Of a stretch of DNA of 64,000 nucleotides, positions 57,469-64,000 are shown piece after piece. The position numbers and the translations under genes are program-made. The first letter of the stretch is position 1. Every line of letters begins with the position of its first letter. The notes below the pieces were generated by a model. The model was not told where the DNA came from. It was given only the letters and a program-made list of their open reading frames with translations, and did not search any database. Source of the DNA: a virus; IMG/VR virus record IMGVR_UViG_3300042894_006927, positions 1 to 64,000 of that record; one strand, given 5' to 3'.

Positions 57469-57963
57469 ATGTCGAAAAATTCAAAAATCTTATTGGCGGT
57501 AATTGTTTCGGGAATTATTGGCTTTTTTGTTGGGAAAAAAAGTAAGCAATCAAACTTTTCTAACTTTGAAAAAGGCGGTGGAATGTTTCCTTGCCCCGAA
57601 CCGACAAAAAATTTGGAATTAAATACCCGTAACCGAAACAAGGCAATTAAAGCAGATTGGATTCAATATGGGCCTTTAAACCTTTCAGATTCAGCGTATT
57701 ACAATCGACTTGCAAAGCATTGGAATACGAGTGTTGGGGTTGCAAAAAAATCTAATTGCGGAAATTGTGCTGCTTTTGATGTTTCCCCAAGAATGAAAGG
57801 TTGTATGTCAGTAGGCGAATTGCAAGATAAAGATGGTGCTTTTGGATATTGTTGGATGCACAAATTTAAGTGCCATTCTGCCCGTACTTGTTACACTTGG
57901 GCGAAGGGCGGTGCAATTACAACTGACAAAGTATCTTATGGTTGGCAAGAAAGAAATCAATAA
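57469..57963 (+). CDS. membrane-anchored Cys-rich (HiPIP-like spacing) protein
   Basis: N-terminal TM, FSNFEKGG, then CGNCAAF...GYC....FKC....TC..W. Confidence 0.65.
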   Translation: MSKNSKILLAVIVSGIIGFFVGKKSKQSNFSNFEKGGGMFPCPEPTKNLELNTRNRNKAIKADWIQYGPLNLSDSAYYNRLAKHWNTSVGVAKKSNCGNCAAFDVSPRMKGCMSVGELQDKDGAFGYCWMHKFKCHSARTCYTWAKGGAITTDKVSYGWQERNQ

Positions 57964-57999
57964 AAATCAATTTAAAAATCAATTTTAAAATCAAATCCT

Positions 58000-58251
58000 A
58001 TGGAAAACAAGGAACTTATCAATTACGGGGGTGGAATTGTTGGTGGCATTTTAGGAAATGTTATCAATGACCGATTCACCAAATTTGGAATGGCAGGGCG
58101 ACTTGGACTAATTGCCGTTGGTGTTTTTGGCGGTTATTTTTTAACCAAAACTTTGCAGGACAAAGGTGGTTTTAGAAATGCCGATGGCGGTTGCGGTTGC
58201 GGTTGCGGTGGAAAATGTGGTGGCGGTTGCGGTTGCGGTTGTGATGATTAA
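58000..58251 (+). CDS. small membrane protein with a (Cys-Gly)n tail
   Basis: two TMs, FRNADG, then GCGCGCGGKCGGGCGCGCDD. Confidence 0.7.
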   Translation: MENKELINYGGGIVGGILGNVINDRFTKFGMAGRLGLIAVGVFGGYFLTKTLQDKGGFRNADGGCGCGCGGKCGGGCGCGCDD

Positions 58252-58285
58252 CACTATATTTGTGGTGGACTTAAAACATTGAGCA

Positions 58286-58474
58286 ATGTTCGGATTAGAT
58301 AAAATCATTGATTCTCGGATTCAAGATTTGATTCACAAACTTTCAGAAGAAATGGGCGAACCGATTTCTGAAATAAAAGTGCTGTTAAAACTTGACGAGC
58401 AAACGGGAAAAACAATCGCCTACTCGGTTGTAAATGGAAAAGCGGGTAGGAGAATTTCATTAAAAGAGGTTTAA
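58286..58474 (+). CDS. hypothetical protein
   Basis: 62-aa ORF within the operon. Confidence 0.55.
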   Translation: MFGLDKIIDSRIQDLIHKLSEEMGEPISEIKVLLKLDEQTGKTIAYSVVNGKAGRRISLKEV

Positions 58475-58475
58475 A

Positions 58476-58748
58476 ATGGCACAATCAAGCGGTATAAATC
58501 TTCGGTCTTGGTCAAACAATGTGGTGCAAGTTCAGAACTTTACCTACTTGTCAATTTACAACATAGGGGCATCTGACTTGGTGCTTAAATTTGGTTTGGG
58601 CGATAGTGCCACTAATTCCAATGTTGTACCTGCAAACGGGGGCGTTTGGACTTCCCCGCAAATTGTGGCAAAAATTGAAAGCATTTACATATTAAATTCA
58701 TCGGGTTCGGCTTACAATATAATGACCGATGGGCAAATAGTTTCCTAA
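58476..58748 (+). CDS. small all-beta protein, possible vertex/penton protein
   Basis: alternating beta pattern; lies upstream of the spike-like genes. Confidence 0.4.
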   Translation: MAQSSGINLRSWSNNVVQVQNFTYLSIYNIGASDLVLKFGLGDSATNSNVVPANGGVWTSPQIVAKIESIYILNSSGSAYNIMTDGQIVS

Positions 58749-59083
58749 TGTCTAAAAAAATAGTTCTGCCATTTACTGAAAATGAATTATTCGTAACTGC
58801 GGATAAATCCAAGATTTTCATTGAGGGAACGCCAATAAACATTGACTTCTGCTATTGCAGGGTTGAGTTTTTGGTACGGCATACGGGAAGGGAAATGGAT
58901 ATTGCCCTTTTTACTTTTTTCGATAAATCAGCATACGAGAAAAGCCCAAACACGCCTTTGGTAACAAATCTCAACAAATTTATGGTTCGGGTTGAGTTGG
59001 ATGATTCGCAACAATTATGCGTTCAAACTGCCTTGCATTTTATGAAGGACAAATTGATTCAAGATGGCTACAAAGTGGAATAA
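58748..59083 (+). CDS. hypothetical protein
   Basis: 111-aa ORF, TAATG-coupled. Confidence 0.6.
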   Translation: MSKKIVLPFTENELFVTADKSKIFIEGTPINIDFCYCRVEFLVRHTGREMDIALFTFFDKSAYEKSPNTPLVTNLNKFMVRVELDDSQQLCVQTALHFMKDKLIQDGYKVE

Positions 59084-59085
59084 AA

Positions 59086-59604
59086 ATGGGGCAAGTATCA
59101 AAAGCGGCTTATGGTTGGAATCCTGCACCAAAAAGAGATTTTAGTGGCGGTGCTTATGGCGTAATTTATTCAACACAAAACCAACCTGCATTAGCCCCAA
59201 ATACCCCGCAAATTATTACTCTGAACACCCTAAATGGTTCAAGCGGGATTTCTTTAGACAACAACAAAATTGTTATTGCCACACCCGCAACCTATCGAAT
59301 GTCAGTAACGATTTTAACTCAAAATGCCGACAACAAAGAACACGATATTACCTTTTGGCTAAAATTTTTGGGTAATGATTACCCAAATTCGGCACATACA
59401 ACAACACTTCCTGCACGGAAAAGCACGGGAACGCCAAGTTTTCAGTTGTTTACATACGATTTCATTGGAACTTCTATTAACCCAAACGACTATGTTGAGT
59501 TATTTTGGAAAGCAGAATCGGTAGCCGTATCTTTGAAGTATACGATTGGGGTTGGTGTGCCTAATGCACCTTCCGTAAGCGTCAACATTAATAGAGTTGC
59601 TTAA
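59086..59604 (+). CDS. putative spike protein with a C1q/TNF-like head
   Basis: YG......Q...I...T.....GI.L....I.......Y......FWL......NS...NDYVELFW. Confidence 0.55.
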   Translation: MGQVSKAAYGWNPAPKRDFSGGAYGVIYSTQNQPALAPNTPQIITLNTLNGSSGISLDNNKIVIATPATYRMSVTILTQNADNKEHDITFWLKFLGNDYPNSAHTTTLPARKSTGTPSFQLFTYDFIGTSINPNDYVELFWKAESVAVSLKYTIGVGVPNAPSVSVNINRVA

Positions 59605-59605
59605 T

Positions 59606-60376
59606 ATGGGCAAAGTTTCAGCATTTGGATATGGTTTTCTACCCCCCGTAAGTGGGGGCGGTGGCACTACAACCCTACAAATAGGAGATACAATCGTAAA
59701 TAATGCGGTTGCAGGTGGAGTTTTATTTGTTGCTTTTGCGGCAGGTCAAAATCGCCTTTCAATGAATCCCAATAATTTCTTTTGGGATGAATCTAATTTA
59801 AGATTGGGTTTAGGAACGAATACGCCTTCGCAAAAACTACACGCATTTGGCGGTGCTTCTGATGTAGGTATTTTGACCGATGCAAATTCGGGATTACAAA
59901 ACAAGGCATACATTTTTGGTACGGGTGGCGATAAGCGATGGGATTTGAATGTTTTTGGAAACAATACGGGGGCTAATGTTGGCGATGATTTTTCCATACG
60001 CAGATACAACGATGCAGGGGCGTTAATTGACACGCCTATTTCCATTGTTCGTTCTACGGGTGTTGCCACAATCAACGGCAAAACAATGGCTGACAAACTT
60101 GATGTTACAACGGCATCTACGGGTGCAAACATTTTGTTTGTCGTTCCTCAAATTTACAATAGCGTTGCTTCCCCAAGAACGGGAAATATAACCTCTGATT
60201 TAACGGGTGCAAACATTGGAATTGTGCAAAAAATTTATCACCAACAAGTAGGCGTTCCGAGTTTTCCCGTAGGTTGGGTTTTGGTTGGCACGGGTAGTTA
60301 TGTAGGTGGAACGCTAAATATCATTTATGCTGAATGGGTTTCGGGAACAAGGGTTGAGTATTGGATTGTTCAATAA
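59606..60376 (+). CDS. putative fibre/spike protein
   Basis: FFWD..N.RLGLGT.TP..KLH fibre repeat; RW......DF.I.RY.D.G motif. Confidence 0.65.
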   Translation: MGKVSAFGYGFLPPVSGGGGTTTLQIGDTIVNNAVAGGVLFVAFAAGQNRLSMNPNNFFWDESNLRLGLGTNTPSQKLHAFGGASDVGILTDANSGLQNKAYIFGTGGDKRWDLNVFGNNTGANVGDDFSIRRYNDAGALIDTPISIVRSTGVATINGKTMADKLDVTTASTGANILFVVPQIYNSVASPRTGNITSDLTGANIGIVQKIYHQQVGVPSFPVGWVLVGTGSYVGGTLNIIYAEWVSGTRVEYWIVQ

Positions 60377-60382
60377 AAAAAT

Positions 60383-61198
60383 ATGTCAAATCGCTATTCT
60401 ACCATATTGGCTTTAGGAGGTTCGATTGAGCCTTTTTTTCTTGACACCTACCCCAATGCGTCAGTAGCCTATTCCCTTAGATTACTAAGCAGCACCTATG
60501 CTGGTTCTGCAATTAGGGTAAGAAGGTCAAGCGATAATACTGAGCAGAACATTGGCTTTAGTGCAGGAGTGTTGGATACTGCCGCCTTACTAAGTTTTTG
60601 CGGTGCGGGAAATGGTTTTGTTACTACATTCTACGACCAAAGCGGTAACGCAAAGAACAGCGTACAAACTTCCGCAGGTTCACAACCAAGAATTGTTTTG
60701 TCGGGGGTATTAGAAACATTAAATTCAAAGCCTACAATAAATTACATTTCAGGTACGGCAACGGGTACACCTTTACAAAATGTAACTGCTCAAAGTATAT
60801 TTAATGTAGGTCAAGTAGTTACATATAACCAACTTCAATCACTTATTTCTTTCGATAGTGTATCAGGTTTTGGCCCGTGGATTCGTTCTATATCTCCTAA
60901 TTATTGGAGAACACCAAGTACGAGTGCAACAGATTCCTTTGATTTCACACATTTAAGTAATATGTACTTTAACGGCAACCTACATATAACAGCAAACAAC
61001 TTTTTAAACCCACACATTTTATCGTCTTTTGGGTTATCAGCGATTACTAAAAAGTTTGGCATAAGCGACATTACTTTTCTTGGAAGATGGTTTTTAGGTA
61101 AAATGTCCGAGTGTATCGTATATCCAACAAATCAACAAAGCGGATTTAAGTCAGGAATCGAATCAAACATGAGTTCTTATTATTCAATTCCATTATGA
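60383..61198 (+). CDS. ConA-like lectin / arabinofuranosidase-B-like receptor-binding protein
   Basis: AYSLR.L...Y.G.AIRVRRSSDN.E..IGF...FVT..YDQSGN...QPRI...G.MSE.I.Y. Confidence 0.7.
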   Translation: MSNRYSTILALGGSIEPFFLDTYPNASVAYSLRLLSSTYAGSAIRVRRSSDNTEQNIGFSAGVLDTAALLSFCGAGNGFVTTFYDQSGNAKNSVQTSAGSQPRIVLSGVLETLNSKPTINYISGTATGTPLQNVTAQSIFNVGQVVTYNQLQSLISFDSVSGFGPWIRSISPNYWRTPSTSATDSFDFTHLSNMYFNGNLHITANNFLNPHILSSFGLSAITKKFGISDITFLGRWFLGKMSECIVYPTNQQSGFKSGIESNMSSYYSIPL

Positions 61199-61446
61199 CC
61201 ATATTAGGCTATAAATACTTAACTGAGGCTGATGCTCAAAAGGCAAGGAAAGATTGCTCTGATTATTATGGCATTCCTGTTTCTCCTGAAGATACAACCC
61301 GATATTGGGTAGATTATTATTGTGCAATGTTAGATGAGCCAAAGTTTTGGTTTATACTATTTAATGATAGTTTAACTATTGTATTAGGAGAACCTATCGA
61401 ATTTGAAGTTATTCAACCAACCCCATTTGAAGATGCGACCAATTAA
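61195..61446 (+). CDS. small acidic phage protein
   Basis: 83-aa ORF with ATGA coupling to the lectin gene. Confidence 0.7.
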   Translation: MTILGYKYLTEADAQKARKDCSDYYGIPVSPEDTTRYWVDYYCAMLDEPKFWFILFNDSLTIVLGEPIEFEVIQPTPFEDATN

Positions 61447-61574
61447 CCACATCGTATTGCAAAGATTGGGTTATTTCAGAGCAAGAAGTTGAGCAAAACC
61501 AATATGCAGAATTTAATTGGATAGAAAATTTGCCAACAAAAAATTGGATTCCACCAACACCGCCTAACCCTTAA
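61433..61574 (+). pseudogene. chimeric gene scar: amidase-like start fused out of frame to an orphan 3' gene end
   Basis: ATG 61433 reads MRPINHIVL then stops at 61492; a second frame 61455-61574 (DWVISEQEVEQ...WIENLP) has no start codon. Confidence 0.55.
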
Positions 61575-61586
61575 AAAAATATCAAA

Positions 61587-62531
61587 ATGTTAAAAAAAGG
61601 TAGCAAAGGACAAGGAGTAAAATCCCTGCAATCATTTTTGGGAATAGATGCTGATGGCGTGTTTGGAAATGAAACTGAAAACGCTGTAAAAGAATTTCAA
61701 AAGAAATTTAATTTACGCCCCGATGGAGTTGTTGGTAAGGAAACTTTTGAAGAAATGGGAATACTAACAACCGATATTTCGGAAAATTGCGAGAACGATG
61801 ATGATACAATAATTCAAAATTATTTTTTGCCCGAAAACGAGTATTTTAAAAGCGTTCAAAAAAAGAATTGGGCATTTCTTCATTACACCGCAGGGGGTTC
61901 AAACCCATTTAAAGTTGTAGATGCTTGGGCAAAGGATAATCGTGGAAGGGTGGGTACTGAATTTGTTATTGGTGGGCAATCGGTAAGCGGAAATGACACT
62001 AAATATGATGGTGTGATTGTAAGGGCTATTCCCGAAGGTGGATATGGTTGGCACTTGGGTATTGGAAACAATGAATTGCACCGAAATAGCATTGGAATCG
62101 AAATTTGCTCAATGGGGTATTTAACCAAAGGTGGCTATTGGACAAGATTAATTAGAAACGGAGAAACAAAAAGGGTTTTTATTAAAAAAAATCCCGAATC
62201 ATTTTATACCTATACGGGGGTAGAAGCACACAAAAAACAAATAGTCATTTTGGAAGAACCATTTTTAGGGCATATTGCTTGGCATAGATTCAGCGACAAA
62301 CAACTTTCATCGGTACACAATGTTCTTGAATTAATCGAAAGGCGTGATGGAATTGATATTACTAAAGGGTTGCCCGAAATGATTAAAAAGTATGGTTGGA
62401 AAGCATTTGCAAATAGAAATTTGCCCTATGTAACAAGCAACTATGGTGTTTATTCACACACCAACGTAAGTGTTCAAAAACTTGATGTTTTTCCTCAACC
62501 CGAACTAATTGAAATACTGACTTCATTATGA
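61587..62531 (+). CDS. endolysin: PG-binding domain plus N-acetylmuramoyl-L-alanine amidase (Amidase_2-like)
   Basis: LKKGSKG..V..LQ..L....DG.FG..T..AV..FQ; FLHYTAG, WHLG, SIGIEIC, HT.V...K.D. Confidence 0.9.
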   Translation: MLKKGSKGQGVKSLQSFLGIDADGVFGNETENAVKEFQKKFNLRPDGVVGKETFEEMGILTTDISENCENDDDTIIQNYFLPENEYFKSVQKKNWAFLHYTAGGSNPFKVVDAWAKDNRGRVGTEFVIGGQSVSGNDTKYDGVIVRAIPEGGYGWHLGIGNNELHRNSIGIEICSMGYLTKGGYWTRLIRNGETKRVFIKKNPESFYTYTGVEAHKKQIVILEEPFLGHIAWHRFSDKQLSSVHNVLELIERRDGIDITKGLPEMIKKYGWKAFANRNLPYVTSNYGVYSHTNVSVQKLDVFPQPELIEILTSL

Positions 62532-63115
62532 ATTGGTTAAATATACTTTCAAACCGATTTTTGCATTACGGAGTTTTGATTGCACTTTTATTTATGGCAT
62601 ATCAAGGCTGCAACGAATGGAAAAATGAAGCGGAAATTCAAGAGAAAAACACCAATGAACTTTTGCGTGAAACCTCAATAAAAACAAAGCGTTTGGAACT
62701 TGACAATAAAAAATTAAGAGAGTTGTTTCCGAGTTTTTTAGATAGCATTGAAAAAGAATATAATATCAAGTCAAAAAACATTCAAAAAATTCATTTTGTT
62801 AAATGGAGAACAAAATGGGATACATTATTAGTGCCAATCCAAATAATTAAAAACGATACAATTCCTTGCTTTGGGGAAAGGTGGGAATTAGATACATTTT
62901 GCATTAAACAAAAGTATTTTCGCCCTGCGGGAGATAGCGTTGGAAAACTTGAAATTAAAAGGGATTTTGATGTAAACATTATTGCTTATAGAACCCGACC
63001 AAAACCTAAATTTTGGAGTTGGCTTGGGGGCAAGTGGGAACAAAATATAATTGTTACTTCGCCTTGCTTTCCCGATAGCAGTATCTTTGAAAACATTTTA
63101 TTTGAAAAAAAGTAA
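62528..63115 (+). CDS. putative spanin-like lysis protein
   Basis: N-terminal TM plus coiled coil, directly after the endolysin. Confidence 0.5.
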   Translation: MNWLNILSNRFLHYGVLIALLFMAYQGCNEWKNEAEIQEKNTNELLRETSIKTKRLELDNKKLRELFPSFLDSIEKEYNIKSKNIQKIHFVKWRTKWDTLLVPIQIIKNDTIPCFGERWELDTFCIKQKYFRPAGDSVGKLEIKRDFDVNIIAYRTRPKPKFWSWLGGKWEQNIIVTSPCFPDSSIFENILFEKK

Positions 63116-63128
63116 TTAAATTAGCATT

Positions 63129-63473
63129 ATGGAAGCAAATTTCTTTCACTCACTATTGGGAAACATCGAACCAATGACATTCCTTTTATTCCTTGTTTGG
63201 GGGATGATTGGCATTTTTGTAAACATTCTAATTCACGCTTCGGGAAGGGATGTAAGAACCGATTACTCGCCTTTGCAATTCTCTTGGAGTTACTTAATCA
63301 AGGATAATTGGAAAAGGGGTTTGCTCGGCATATTGCTTTTAATCGTTGCAATTCGTTTTTCCAATGAAATTTTAGGGGTTGAAACTACGGCTTTTGCTTC
63401 ATTTTGGATTGGATTAACCTCACATAAGTTAATCAACATTTTTCGCAGATTAAGTAAGCAAAAAAGCATTTAA
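63129..63473 (+). CDS. putative holin
   Basis: 2-3 TMs and a basic C-terminus, within the lysis cluster. Confidence 0.55.
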   Translation: MEANFFHSLLGNIEPMTFLLFLVWGMIGIFVNILIHASGRDVRTDYSPLQFSWSYLIKDNWKRGLLGILLLIVAIRFSNEILGVETTAFASFWIGLTSHKLINIFRRLSKQKSI

Positions 63474-63474
63474 T

Positions 63475-63735
63475 ATGCCACCAACACAAGCACAATTACT
63501 CGGACAAATACTCACAAAACTTGAAGGTCTTGAAAAGGCAATTAAGGGGGATGAATTAGGCAACGAAGGACTTGCAAAAAGGGTTACAAGATTGGAAACA
63601 AAACTTGACGACCAACAAAAGTTTTTGGAGAAAATCAAAACCACGATGTCAGTATCTTGGAAATTTGCGGGGCTTGTTGGCGGTGCAGTTGGCTCTTTAG
63701 TTTCAGTATTGGGATTCCTTTGGGGTAAAAATTAA
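63475..63735 (+). CDS. small coiled-coil membrane protein (holin/antiholin-like)
   Basis: G...GL..RV.RLE coiled coil plus C-terminal TM. Confidence 0.55.
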   Translation: MPPTQAQLLGQILTKLEGLEKAIKGDELGNEGLAKRVTRLETKLDDQQKFLEKIKTTMSVSWKFAGLVGGAVGSLVSVLGFLWGKN

Positions 63736-63739
63736 AGCA

Positions 63740-63961
63740 ATGGCAAAAGGAGTAGCAGACAAAATTTATGGGGAACTGAAAAGCAAACCCGTTGAAATTC
63801 TTGCGGTAGTTTTAGGTTTGGCATCTACGGCTTTAATAACCTACAACACAATTATTGCGATGCGGGAACGCAAAAGCAGGGCAGAATTAGAGGATATTCA
63901 AAAAGAAATGACAATTCTGCAATACCAAAAACTAAAAAGTGAGATTGAGGGGAATCAATAA
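63740..63961 (+). CDS. small membrane protein
   Basis: one TM followed by a charged helix. Confidence 0.6.
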   Translation: MAKGVADKIYGELKSKPVEILAVVLGLASTALITYNTIIAMRERKSRAELEDIQKEMTILQYQKLKSEIEGNQ

Positions 63962-64000
63962 TCCCTTAACCCAAGTTGAAATTGGGCAAGTCGGGTATCA

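Noticed and set aside
57955-57996. AAAATCAAT(TT) repeated 3-4 times
   Set aside because: Short A-rich intergenic repeat resembling the A-rich leaders seen elsewhere; no independent evidence of function
1-64000. tRNA/rRNA genes, integrase/transposase, reverse transcriptase or DGR, stop-codon reassignment
   Set aside because: None recognisable by eye, and standard-code ORFs tile the window almost without gaps; tRNAscan-SE and Infernal were not run

Overview
A 64-kb, AT-rich, densely coding segment that reads as part of a large bacteriophage genome. The host is probably Bacteroidota, because TTTG-N20/21-TAnnTTTG promoters recur and start regions are A-rich without obvious Shine-Dalgarno sites. 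I saw no terminase, portal, HK97 capsid or tail genes. The window instead has an A32/P9-type (FtsK-HerA) packaging ATPase, two paralogous beta-rich capsid-like proteins and about 20 small single-pass membrane proteins, which suggests a tailless, internal-membrane, jelly-roll virus of unusually large size. Layout: 1-20 kb holds replication, repair and early genes plus a glycosyltransferase/methyltransferase set. 20-41 kb holds large mosaic 'polyvalent'-type proteins (beta-clamp-like, ADP-ribosyltransferase, GNAT, strawberry-notch helicase, MoxR AAA+ with partner, zincin, AT-hook protein). 41-61 kb is virion morphogenesis and 61.6-64 kb is lysis. The most striking unexplained signal is two short peptide motifs. 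About 20 copies of [MFYL]xxGG-x-[VIL] sit at domain borders of soluble mosaic proteins, and about a dozen copies of [FY]x[NSGE][AFY]xG occur in capsid and membrane proteins. Together they suggest a two-code proteolytic maturation or cargo-sorting system, and a zincin protease is encoded in the structural module. All assignments come from reading motifs by eye; no searches were run.
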